64,000 nucleotides of DNA from assembly GCA_002633005.1 (NCBI GenBank), contig NMRA01000130.1, positions 484,969 to 548,968 of the forward strand, written 5' to 3'. The notes beneath the pieces were generated by a model, which saw only the letters and a program-made list of their open reading frames with translations, ran no database searches and had not been told where the DNA came from. A program made the translations under genes and the position numbers. Below, one piece after another: positions 14,101 through 25,500 of this stretch (the first letter of the stretch is position 1; every line of letters starts with the position of its first letter). Source of the stretch: Phoronis australis (taxonomy: Eukaryota; Animalia; Phoronida).

Positions 14101-14895
14101 TGCTGAAAAGTCCAACATTGCTCCATGTGTGTAAGTGACGGTTTTTACGCTTTATTTCGCTCACCGGAATTTTTAGAGTTGCACTCTGAGTCCATGTTAT
14201 GTTTTTCGAAATATATGCTTACAGTAAAATATCACCAATTTTGAACAAAAGTGATTGCCAAGTTAACCTATTTTTCATTTTTGTGAAAACGCGAAATTTG
14301 TCAAAGCATCGCCTGATGCCAGCTATGGTCTAGAACATGAAAATAAACATTTATTTGATGTTACTTAATATCCTGTATGAAAATATAAAAAAATATAGAA
14401 GTCCACTTGTCCACCATAGTGTGTCCTGATTTGGTGACAATTTACCGTTAGTACCTATTAATTTTTACCCTTTTGGTATGCCTTCTACAAACATATATTA
14501 TTGCTTTTGTTATTAGTACTAACAGTTATAAGTAGGCAGTTTTAAACGTAGGTAAATTTTCTCTTGTAGACTCCGCCAACTACAGCAATACATCGTCACC
14601 ACAAGCAGCAGAAGAGAAGCCGGATATTCTCAATGTCCCAGCCAAGAAGAACGTCGAGGAGAACCGGCAGTTCGTACATGAGACATTATTCGATGAAGGT
14701 CTTCGTATTGCCCAGCAGTATGGAATGGCAGATTTTGCCGAAGAACTCACCGAGTTGAAGCCGAAGTTTGTCGGGGCAGATAAAACGGAAACCGGTGCTA
14801 TAGACTATAACACAGCTGAGGAGAGTGAGTCTGATGGAAACGCCACAGACCAGTCTAGTCATGTTGTGAATGGGAGTGGCCAGTCTGTCTCATAA
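3645..14895 (+). CDS. NAB: NGFI-A-binding protein (NAB1/NAB2 family EGR corepressor), 5'-partial spliced gene, 8 exons in window
   Basis: Exons 3645-3791, 5517-5636, 6614-6747, 10674-10767, 11300-11419, 13121-13206, 13702-13736 and 14570-14895 all have AG/GT boundaries and join in frame. They encode NCD2 ([16 protein letters not shown]...HE|[11 protein letters not shown]...[17 protein letters not shown]) and a C-terminal [12 protein letters not shown] motif resembling NAB2 QTLMDEGLRLAR. NCD1 not found, so it presumably lies upstream of the window. Confidence 0.93.
5517..5636 (+). CDS. NAB: NAB exon (NCD2)
   Basis: tttcccacag|TAC...GAA|gtaagt; [40 protein letters not shown]. Confidence 0.95.
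5977..6495 (+). mobile_element. Family A TTAA-target element copy, 3' end degraded
   Basis: TTAA+gattgtgtaggtccctagaaaa, colinear with 1241-1742 and 15765-16259. Confidence 0.7.
6614..6747 (+). CDS. NAB: NAB exon (NCD2)
   Basis: ttctttgcag|ATA...AG|gtgagt; [44 protein letters not shown]. Confidence 0.95.
7518..7948. mobile_element. PIF/Harbinger-like MITE with CTG target-site duplication
   Basis: TIR core gttgcatgaaacagtcccaaatagggact and its reverse complement; CTG at 7515-7517 and 7949-7951. Confidence 0.75.
8742..10057. mobile_element. About 1.3-kb non-autonomous Tc1/mariner(pogo)-like element
   Basis: TA+ccgtattcgccctaataagcaccc ... gggcacttatagggcgaataggt+TA, with subterminal gggcgcttattttag repeats; no intact ORF. 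Confidence 0.65.
10674..10767 (+). CDS. NAB: NAB exon (contains KRMK, a putative NLS)
   Basis: tttttcag|A...GAG|gtatag; phase 2/0 fits neighbours; [32 protein letters not shown]. Confidence 0.8.
11077..11130. repeat. (GTT)n microsatellite
   Basis: Directly visible, with one interruption. Confidence 0.95.
11300..11419 (+). CDS. NAB: NAB exon (predicted coiled coil)
   Basis: cttcaccag|GGT...CAG|gtgata; [40 protein letters not shown]. Confidence 0.8.
11874..12172. mobile_element. Kolobok-like MITE with TTAA TSD
   Basis: TTAA+aaggatactaa ... ttagtatcctt+TTAA. Confidence 0.65.
12590..13020 (-). mobile_element. Family A element, inverted degraded copy
   Basis: Reverse-complement matches to family A blocks (ttagccaaatatctgcag, tttgatagcctc); boundaries approximate. 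Confidence 0.55.
13121..13206 (+). CDS. NAB: NAB exon (predicted coiled coil)
   Basis: gaactttcag|AAA...AA|gtgagt; [28 protein letters not shown]. Confidence 0.8.
13702..13736 (+). CDS. NAB: NAB 35-nt small exon
   Basis: ttgatttcag|G...G|gtgagt; needed to bridge phase 2 to phase 1; [12 protein letters not shown]. Confidence 0.75.
14222..14447. mobile_element. Tc1/mariner-like MITE (family B)
   Basis: TA+cagtaaaatatcaccaatt ... atttggtgacaatttaccg. Confidence 0.6.
14570..14895 (+). CDS. NAB: NAB terminal coding exon (CHD4-interaction-like motif)
   Basis: ttctcttgtag|AC; [12 protein letters not shown]...[26 protein letters not shown]...SGQSVS then TAA at 14893-14895. Confidence 0.88.
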
Positions 14896-15764
14896 CATTT
14901 CCATGGCAACAAGCACCGTCCTTAAACTTAGCTGGTCCTTGAGACAGTCGTGAGGTTGTAAAAGATTAACTGGCTCATCTCTGAGGTCTTGACAACGACA
15001 TCAATATTCACTAGGTGGCGCTAGTAAATCTGTGGTGTCATCTGGGTTACAACAAAGGTCCCTTAGATCAGGGATGTAGCCCTGTAGATAGACAGGTTTT
15101 GTTATTACTCTGTTCCATTGGAGCTACATTTTGCCCGGTTTAGCTGGCTAAAAATGAAAATCAAATTAGGTCCGTTACTCTTATAAAATCGGTCTCATGG
15201 TATTCCTTACTGTGATAGGAGTCTATTTCCATTACATACAAGAACATTGAGAGCAGAGTTTATCGGGGTTGGCCAACCCTAAAATTGCGAATTCGAAAAT
15301 GTCTTGAGTTGATGGCTCATTCAGCAACAATCGGATAAGCCTTGTAATCTTTTCAACCCCAAAATTTTTTGCTTAGGAATTCAACATTGACAACGGTGAA
15401 ATTCCCCTTTAATAGCAGGCACATATTGTTAGCATCAGCGCCACCTAGTATGTGGAGAACACAGCTGAAGTGATGAAGATTTTATTGCAGCATTTGTGTT
15501 GTTAATATTGAAACGATTCTACAATCCACAAAGTGCCCTTGTTTTATTGGTTAACAAATTTACCATGAATGTCTTCAAACACAAAAGTGGCTAAAAGTCG
15601 TTTTGTGGACAATGGTATGTAAAATAGTAAGGTGCTCTCTGTAGTGGGGGGTAGACCAGAGCCGAGAAAGCTATGTTTACCTTGCCTTTACTGTTTGCTG
15701 TTAGAAAGGTCAAAGGTCAAAGGTTGATGTCTTTATTCTTGTTCATGTAGGCGTTGTCACTTAA

Positions 15765-16259
15765 GTTTATGTAGGACCTTAGAAAATATCCAAATTTGGC
15801 TAACTTCGGAATGTCATATACCAAAAATGGCTGATAGGGTTCATGTGCCATGCTTTGTGCATTGTTCTCCAAAATTCTGTTGGGAATTGTTTATAAAATG
15901 TTCCACTTTTGCATGAGGGGTTGTAAAAATGTGGCTTTTACGAAAAGTATCAAAAGTTGCATAAAACAAAAATGAAATATTCAAATTAGAAAAATGACAA
16001 TGTTTTTAAGATTTCATTTTGAACGCCCATACGAAATGAAATTAACGATGTTATTAATTCATTTGTTTTCCTGAGCATGTTCCTATCCATTTTTGTTAAA
16101 TTTTACACAAGACATGGTCATGCGATCTAATTAATGACAGCTTCGTTTAAAGTTAAACTTTCTACTTTCAGAAAGAATATACTTTTGCTGACGTTATTGC
16201 TATAGTTTTGTAGATATCCGGCGTAATACTCTGACTAGTAGATAAGGCCCTACATAATC
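15765..16259 (+). mobile_element. Family A element, full-length copy with both TTAA TSDs, in the putative NAB 3'UTR
   Basis: TTAA(15761-64)+gtttatgtaggacctt ... aaggccctacataatc+TTAA(16260-63). Confidence 0.75.
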
Positions 16260-17085
16260 TTAACAAAGTCACTGATTAATGAAAGAAATTGTTGCCTTGG
16301 ATATTTTAAACTGTTTTCTGTTACTGGTAATTTTTATGTAAGTCTGAATCACATTTTTGAGAAAACTTCAATTAGACTTTTTGTGGATGTACTTTTTAGA
16401 CTCCGAAATGATCATGGGTGAATTCATGTTCAATTGACTTGTAGAATGCTTTGTAAATCCTGGAGCCCTACATCTATCAATTACTAAAAGCTTTGTCCAT
16501 TGGTCATAACATTACAATGCCAGTCACTCTCCTATGCCGAGCATTTTTTTGTTTTACTTTACTTTTGAAAAGTTTGAAGTTTACTATCTTGCATCTCCTT
16601 TTGTGAATGATCGTGTTTAGACAGACTTATAAACCCACCTTCCATCACAGGAGACAACTTTTGATGTAGATCTCCTGTCATCGTGAATTTGGTCTCAAAT
16701 TGTCCCTTTAGTGAAATTAAGTGTGATTTCTGGGAGTGTTCTTAACTGACAGTTAATAATTGCTCGACATCTGTGTCTACAAGTTGATTTACCACGGCGT
16801 GTCATTTTATTCGCCGAGCATGGTCTCTAGCAATAACAAACTGTCAGTTCTTAGCAAGATTAGCGGTCACGTCTCATTTGCAATGGGTAAAGAAAAAGTT
16901 TTGACCAATTTTGTAGTGTAATGGGACGAAATTAAAAGTTCTCTTCTTGCACGAAACGGGGGCTTCTAACCACTCTAAGGCTTACTGAACTTTTGATGGT
17001 TCCCCTGTTTCTATTCTGACTGCTTTGAAATGGGGACGAGGTAGGTTAGTTGAACATTTCAATGTTATGTGATGTATATTCTATA

Positions 17086-17246
17086 TATAGGTAAGGTAAT
17101 TCAGTTACTCAGACACTGCATGCTTACTGCTTCAAACAGAAAACAACGACAACACACCATTCGTTGAAAAATTACTGTAATTTGCAGTTTGAAACGTGCG
17201 AAACAGCAAGCGCGCAGTCTCTCAGCAAGTGAATTACTTAACCTAT
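17086..17246. mobile_element. Palindromic MITE in the putative NAB 3'UTR
   Basis: ataggtaaggtaattcagttactcagacactgcatgcttactg ... cagcaagcgcgcagtctctcagcaagtgaattacttaacctat (imperfect arms of about 43 bp). Confidence 0.6.
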
Positions 17247-19299
17247 CTTGGCCAGAGACTATGAAATATCTTTTTTCTATATTCTAGTTGCAATGTCATT
17301 GTATCGGCAATGACGCAAGAATATTTCATTTTTGCAATTTAGAAAATTATTTTTTTCTTCGGGTTGTAATACAATTCTTGAGTCTTGCATGTAATGTACA
17401 GTAGGGTTAACGGGCAATTTAAAGTTTTGGTCTGTAGTATGTTGAGGTTTGGTAAAGTGAATGCTCCTCAAAAGAAATTTTTTTAACGTATTTCCAAGTA
17501 AAGGACATTTCTGTTATTTTGTAGGTTGTGTTGTAATGTGTAACCAAAATGTACTTGCAGGATTCTTGCCATTTTGCCACTTTATTAGTTGTTGAGAAAT
17601 ATTATTTTGTTGTTTTGCATAATATACAGCTGAAAGCCACAACTATAAACTAAAAATGCTAGTGTGTGAATATATTTATTTTGATTTGTATACATATATG
17701 AACGAGGTGAGTTTTTAAACTGAAAATTTTTCACTTGTTACAGTCATCCTCCTTCATGACAAAAATTTGTGATTTCAGTAGATTCCACCTAAATTTGTGG
17801 GACCTATAGGCTGATTTGTGAAAATGCAAAAATGTGCTGGCAGTCCACGGAGGTGGTGTGCTCGGATTTTATTTATTTAACTTATTACGCTTAAAATGCC
17901 AAAAAAATTATAAAACGAGGGGTGCTTAGCAAAGGTCTAATTTAGGTTGCCATTGGTTGAGGATTACATTGACGTTATATAATGAGAGAAATTAACGTGC
18001 TGTTGTATGGATAGTTAATGGAGAAACGAGGGGTGCAGTTGCATATACGCACAAGTGTGCTGTGGAAACTAGGTACTCAAACTGCGTTAATACTTGCCTA
18101 GTTTATTACATTCGATTGCCCATTACGTTTTTCACTAGTCCAAGCTAACCCTAATTAATACGAGTCGAATCAGTTACGTTATTGAAAAATCCCAGGAAGT
18201 TCATCACCAATTGATTTGAATGTATTCAACTGCATTGATGTCATGATGTAGCCACGACATGAACTGGAAAAAAAATAACAGAGCCAGTGGTATGGGTTTT
18301 CATGACTAACTTTTCTAATGACTAAATTTACATAATCCGGGGTTGCTGATGTAACTGAAAGCATCATTTTGAGTTCTTCAGTGTCCTGATAAGCTGTAGA
18401 CTCAGAGACTTCCATGTCCTAAAAGGTGCGACACCTGGTGGCTGTTCCGTAGACGCTGTACACTCGCGAAAACGCAAGTCTTCGTGAGATGTCGCAGTGC
18501 ATTACAAATGAAGTGGTCGCGGTAGCTTTACGCTCGAGATTCTTGTGCGTGTGGAACTGGGCCCAGGTGGAGCCCCTAATGGCCATTGCGGGTAGTAGTC
18601 ATATCTCCATCCAAGGCATTTGCGGAGATATTAAAATTATATATTTGCAACATAACTGTCATATGGTTGAGGGATTTGTGTTAGTATTTGTAAGAATGAC
18701 TCCTGTTGCGTTGGAAACTGAGCTTTGTGATTGGCAGATGTTAATAAGTGAACGTTGTAATCTTTACCCTAAGTTTACCGAGGCATAGTGCAAATTAGTG
18801 ATGCAGACTTCGTGTTCAAGTTCACTCGACTGACCTACTTAATATGAACATCCTGCTTAGTGTCTATGGAGCTAATTTCTTTTCATTAGAGACATTTAGC
18901 AAAATTGCAGAATATACCTACAGTGTAAAAATGTACGTTTGTTTTTAGTGCCAACCGTGTATTCAAAAGATGGTTTTACAGTTACTCTGACTTTGCCGAC
19001 ACTGCATTTGTTGAAGTCGTAACTTCCAGTTCCTTTCAGGATTCCCATATACCTTCTACAGTTTTGCTCCCAGTAATCCTTACAAAGAAATTACCCAATG
19101 CTTCCCAAAAATATCTGTTACATATTTTTATAGTAACGCTAGTACTTGTGTAGTGATTCCAGAGTTGTTCGACTCGGGATATGTTGTATTGTTGGTTGTT
19201 GACTTTCCTCCTCTCATCATGTTGATGATTTATAATGTTTAACATTGATCACGTGTCAAACGATTAATTACAGCTCGTGCGCTGTTTGATCAGGATTCC

Positions 19300-19305
19300 A
19301 ATAAA
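19300..19305 (+). terminator. Candidate NAB polyadenylation signal
   Basis: AATAAA followed by GT-rich tgttttgaagtgttttgttt, at the end of the T/G-skewed stretch downstream of the NAB stop. Confidence 0.4.
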
Positions 19306-19680
19306 TGTTTTGAAGTGTTTTGTTTCAAACAAATCGTCACATCCATGCTCGTTATTGAAGCGTCAGATTACATTCAAGGCATCGTTTGTTTCATGAAATT
19401 GACTCGAGACTCAAGACAGAAATTTGGTCTTACTCTCTCACTTCACAATTGCTGAAAAAGGGTTTAAACATCAGTCTAGGAATAGTTGAAAGAAAATATC
19501 AGTCAGTAACAAGCAGATAGGTGCATATTCTCAGACTATGCACTTTGTCTAAAAGAGAAATCGTCGTTTGGAGCGCAAGACCAAATTTTGAGGTCTATTT
19601 CATGAATAGTGACTTTAAAGTCTTAAATGACTTGTTCAGTCAGAAAGTCAATTTCATGTAACAGTTACTAAGTTCATACC

Positions 19681-19686
19681 TTTATT
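19681..19686 (-). terminator. Candidate STAT polyadenylation signal
   Basis: TTTATT on + (AATAAA on -) at the low end of the A/C-skewed stretch downstream of the STAT stop. Confidence 0.35.
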
Positions 19687-21377
19687 GGAAATAATTTTTA
19701 CTGAAACCAAGAAAGATAGAAATTAATTTCTGCTAAAGAACCTGAATAAACACAGGATGAAAACAAATGGAGATTTTTGTGGTTAGCACATCTTGTATTG
19801 TTACACAAAACAAGAAATTTACATAAGAAAGTACATATGGTAAACGTAACAACACAGCTTCAATTCACACAAATATTAGAATATAATAGCACTTAGAAAT
19901 TCATCAGCAATGCCAACAGTGACCACAACTTTGTGACATACATGTACATCTAATAATTTCATTGGTTATAAAATACTAAGCTAGTCCCAACATGCTTGAC
20001 ACAGACATCCTCAAAACTGGACATACCATAAGCCAAAGGTGTGTTAGACACAAGTTGAAGCCACACGGACAATTAGATCGAGGTGAAAAACGTCGACATC
20101 GTGGTGTGGTGAATCTTGTCGCCAGTTTTCCACTTGGTTCATAGCGAGTAAAAATTCGAAATCAAAATCCTGCTCTCATTTCCATGCATTACCAGTGGTT
20201 TTAAAGATACAATGCTGCTCACTGTTCACCAACAGATGGCTCTGTGCCAGGGCAGGTCCATGAATTTAATGACGGTGTGTTTACTACACCAGTGGCGCTA
20301 TTTTCTTGTACCCGTTGGTTTTTTATCGTGCCTCCCGAGGAGATTTAACCACCCCTAAAATCCATCATTGTGATAAACTCTGCTCAATATGCAAGCACTG
20401 CAAATGACAACTTTATATATAACTCAAAATCCTAAGTACAAAAACCTCATTGAGGCACATGACACTATGTTAAGCCTCTCCTCATTTTAAAGAAAACTCG
20501 AGCAAAGACTTCAGATGTCTCTATTCAGAAAGTTGTAATTTTCTGTTCCTAATCATCAAATCAATAACGACAATGTAGTACAGGTGTTTGTTCAAGGCAA
20601 CTGTCGCACTTAAAGCGGTTATATATTCCAGTTTTAATTTAGAATACCTGCAGCCACAAAATTGGACTCAATTTGTTCCCAACTTAGATGAGCTCCAAGT
20701 GATTCCTGGGCTTACAAAGAAATGAGGTCCTTATTCCTTGAAACCATGCTCGGCTCGTAAAATGACACGCCATGACATGCCCACTTACTGAGCCTGATCT
20801 AACAAGCTGGATCCAACCAAAACAATTCGGCGTCATCCTCCTCAATGGGACCACATTGTCAAATGTCAAAAACAAAACTTCAAGCGGTTTGCTAGAGTAA
20901 GAGGCATACACGGGACAGAAAGGCATTGGATAGACAGATGGATGGATGGACAGGGATGACAGCAATGAACAGTGCATCAATGGTGATTGAAGTACCAGAC
21001 AGCACATGTAAAACAAGGCGACATTACAACGCTACTCAAGAAAAATTTTGGTTTATTTTATCTAGTCACAACTTTGGCTTGAATTGCATCCATTCTGTGC
21101 TCAGTAACAATAATATGAATATCAAAACAAATTCTAAACAAAAGTTGGAACTATTGGCTACAATTAGAGCAAACCCATAGACGACAGTAACAAAACACAT
21201 TAAGCGACACGATTTAATCATGTTTACAAAATTATTAGGAAAGAACTTTGCAAAATAGGCAGTTCCAAGTTAAAAAACATATACTGAAACTCCATAACAA
21301 ATATTCACAAAGCACTAAGATTCACCATTATTCAGAAAGCAGACGTACCATCCTGTCATTTAGATCACGGCCACCAG

Positions 21378-21477
21378 GGGTCTACTTCACGAAAAGTCAC
21401 TTCAAGATTTTGTACCTGTGCAGAGCCAAGACAAAATTTCCGATTTGCGTCTGCATTGCCTTTCATGAAACGGAACC
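21378..21477. mobile_element. 100-bp Harbinger-like MITE with CAG TSD
   Basis: CAG+gggtctacttcacgaaa ... tttcatgaaacggaacc+CAG; related ends near 7258 and 19590. Confidence 0.6.
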
Positions 21478-21502
21478 CAGATTTTCAACAAGATAATGCC
21501 TA

Positions 21503-21713
21503 CGGTATAATCTCACCAATTTAAGACGTATTATGAAGAAAACGTGATATTCAATAATTCTCCTTTTTTATTTAATGGCACTTATTCGCAATGTTTTATT
21601 ATTTTCAAGTTCTGCACTGTACAGAACTGAAGTACATCGTGAGAAGTTACTCAAAAATGAAAAACGGGCAATTCTAGCAATTATTTTTGTTTGAAATTGG
21701 CGAGATTTTACCG
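21503..21713. mobile_element. Tc1/mariner-like MITE (family B) with TA TSD
   Basis: TA+cggtataatctcaccaattt ... aaattggcgagattttaccg+TA. Confidence 0.7.
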
Positions 21714-22455
21714 TAATCATGTTTAACGCAATTTGCCCGTGACCCGCGATAGGTCATGGTATGACTGCCCTACCTTTAAAATGGCTTAGTATAGCCAGCA
21801 CACTCTTCGTGTTTGTAATGTGGCAAGCCTCAATTTTGATCTCGTTAAGATGGCAGACACAACAGCACAATTCGTTGAGATTTGGCGAGGTTTATTATCC
21901 ATTACTTTTCATCCAAAACTCTGCTGGACACATACTTCAAAATTACAGTGAAACTCTAAGAGTGTACTGCTGGAACATCTTTAACACTGTTGCAAAAATG
22001 TTACATTTGCAATTACTCTTATGTTCCAAAAAGAACATTTAACTTCTGTTAAAACAGCAATGCAACTAATTATATTTCAATTTACAAATTGTCCTGGTGA
22101 ATAGAGCAATCATTTGGACTTGTACAAAACTTTAAGACTTTCTCACGATTCTGAAAATGAATGCCAAGTTTCAAAGGCTTAATATAAGTTGAAAGTTCGC
22201 AAAATTTCACCAAGCATGGTTTGATGATAGGTAATTCGCGCCACCTTGAAACGTTATGCACAAAGCTTCGACTGCTCTTAGAAACCTGACCAAAGGCGAA
22301 TAGAATGTTCCGTTACTATAAAGTTGTATTTTAACATACGGTATTCATGAATCTAACGTACATAAACAGCCTTCAAAGCACTAAACTACCCAACATTCAA
22401 TAACAGCGTTCTCTAACATTTGCCCAGCAACAGCACAGCACCCCACTTACACTGT

Positions 22456-22582
22456 TCAGTTAGGGTAGTTCAGCAGCAACTCGTTCACGTTGATGGTGTC
22501 TATATCTTCGGGCACGTAGTCTGTGATCATTTCAAAGCCAATAGGATTCATCCCGTCACCGGTGTCGCCATCAGTGCCATAA
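22456..22582 (-). CDS. STAT5: STAT coding exon 17 (acidic C-terminus and stop)
   Basis: ttcttttacag|(S)[41 protein letters not shown]; VNELL resembles STAT5 VEELL. Confidence 0.82.
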
Positions 22583-25500
22583 CTGTAAAAGAAAACGAGA
22601 TTTCTAATAAATGTTCGGCTACACATAACTAAGAAAACGAGCTTTTCTCGCCAAAGACACACAACATGGCATACAATGCACAGGAGTGATATTTTCTAGT
22701 AACAAAGTTACATCTCCATCCTACCATTTTTGCCTAGTCCCTGGTGACCAAATCAAATTTCTTTACGAGCAGATTAAACAGCGACTGTATGACTCGAATA
22801 CAGTATCGACATTCATTGCACTCGTAAATCTGAAAAGTCATCTTTTTACACGCTACATGGCTCATTTGGACCACAACATAGTAAAATGTGAACAGACAGC
22901 ACTTTAACCATAAGAAGTTAGTTATTTTGTGCATGAGAGGGTTTCAAAACCCCTAATGCAGCAGTTCAGAAATCCAGATGCAATACACTACTTAGTGCAT
23001 ACCAGTACACGAACAGTAGTTCAGTCACATCGCAGACTAATATACAGGGCGCGAATCAGAGAAAGGACAACGGCAATCCGGTATCACATTGGGTGGATTT
23101 GAACACCCTGTTCTATCTTTAGAACAGCACAAAAATGTATAAATCTACAACCTTGAATCGCTCTCTGGGTAAAAAATGAGCTCGAGATAGACCCCGACAT
23201 AAAATACCAGTAAAAACTTAACTCTTCCTTGAACAAACGTAATTGGTTATTGGTGCTACACTAATAACGTATGACTTGTCACACAATCACAAACGTCAGC
23301 TTTTAGGACACGAAATACAGCACATTTGCAGATATTTTGTTACTTTTCCAACAAACGTCCTTCATTCATAAGGTTACGTGCAATTCATAACAAATTACCA
23401 GAATTGGTTCCAGTTAAATAATTATCAGTGATCCTAATTCCGTAAGTTAGCAAATTTTGCTTCAGCAAACATGTCACCTCCTTCTGATACACTTCGTTTT
23501 CTAAGAAAAAAAGTGCACAATGTGTGCGTCACTAACGAGCATGCGATTTTGAAGTTAGTCAGAGATCAGATGTGCAATGAATGCTGATGTTACAAAAACG
23601 CTCAGTCTGTTGGACATTGTACGTTTTGGCTCAAGCTTCACCTTGACAGGAGAGCAGTCTCAGTGAACTAAGAAGCCGCGCGTCATTCAAATTTCCTACT
23701 TTTTACCCAAAGCAATTGACCCACTACCAGGATTTGAGTGACGTCTTAACTGACCAAGCACAACGCAGCATTCTTAACACATCTTCGTTTCCGAGCCGCC
23801 ACTTTACGCGACAAACAACATGTTGACGGGTAAAACTTATGGTTTGTTTGTCGGATATCACGCGACTTTTCGCAAGGGGGCGGAGCTTGCAATAGGTCAA
23901 TTGGCAGCTGTATTTTAATGTTGGGTCAGATACACCTAGCAGGCTGGCAAACCCTCCACAGGCTTCTAGCAAGCAAGAACACGGGCAACCGAAGGTAATG
24001 TCTGTAACCGCAGAGCAGGCGAGAAACTTGTCACACATTATCGTGTGGGATGAGAATAAGATTATGAACCAGAAGAACATTGAACTGAGCTAAGGAGCAC
24101 ACGAAGCCATCCATATCAAAAGACAGGCCATTGCCTTTAATACAGATAGAGGGAGAAACCCTATTTCGCCAGTCTACAAAGCTCGTTACCACAAGACATG
24201 GCAAATATGAGAAAAAGCAAGCAATGAGTGAGGGTAAGCATAAATTAGTTGGGGCGTTCTACTTCGGAGCACCTTGAATGAGCAAGCCCTACAAAAGCTT
24301 AGAAAAGATAGACAGCAAATACTACAACCTGTTATGAGCTCAAGGCTACCTGAAACGAGGATCAGAATACCACGTCATTCCCTAGGACATGCATCACAGG
24401 AAAAACGGGAACTCCAATCTAAATGGTACTGGTTAAAAGGACGCGGCTCTTGACTTCATGACACGTCACTCACAAGGACACATATCGCGCTCCCGCATAA
24501 TGAGTAATTAAGATGGCTAACATCTCAGTCACGTGAAGCTTCTGATGAGCTTCCCACGAGTTTCGGGCAAAAAATTGTAATTTCGACCAACAGCTGGCTA
24601 CTAGCAATCTGAAAAAATTGCTCGATCAAGACAGAGAGGAACAGCTGAGCTTCGCCCAATATGTGGCAAAGGCACAAGATAAAAGTGCTTACAGTAAGCG
24701 AGTTTTGGACAAAAATAATAGCCATTTTACGAAATAGCAGAGACATAATGAAATACGCCTAGTTGCTGGATGGTGATAGAGTAGTAAATTGGTAGCATTC
24801 TGCGCTCTAGTACGGAGATTTAGTGCAGTGAGACTTCCCGACATTTTTAATGGTCAGGCCATCATGCCATCAAATTGCCCCTGTTGCCAGGTAGGACAAT
24901 TAAACCATTCACACAAAAACGTCCAATGTCTCAAATGTCTTTGCGGGATACAAATTACATTTCATCCATGCCGTCTTGAGAGTTGTAGGTCAAATATTCC
25001 CCCATAGCCAAAACTGATTTATAGTTCAAGAGCTTCAAACATTGTCCAAAATACCCACCACTTTTCAAACCAATTTGCTAGCTCCAGTACAGAACTTTAT
25101 GAGCATTCGTGTGTTGACTACTGCTCTTGTATCAAATACTTAATAGCCTCCATATTGAGCATCATATAGGTGAGATTTTACCAAATTAGGCCACTTTATA
25201 CAAGTAATGTCAACCTGTCTGGCACACAGTCAAGTGTTTAAGAAGTGCTGTCACCAACAGACAACTGAACAACGGAAGCTGTCCATAAAAGTGACGATTT
25301 GCTGTGCTCAGAACCACGCCGGTCCGTAACCTTCATATGGACAAGTAGCGAAATGAATTACAGTGCGGTAGAGTTATAACTCGACGAATGAAGACCTTAC
25401 ATACTCCAAGGAACGACATGTTATTCACCATGACAGTCGTAACGGGAGGAACGGTAGCCTGATCACTACGCGCGACAATCATCTGAATCCACACTGTCAC

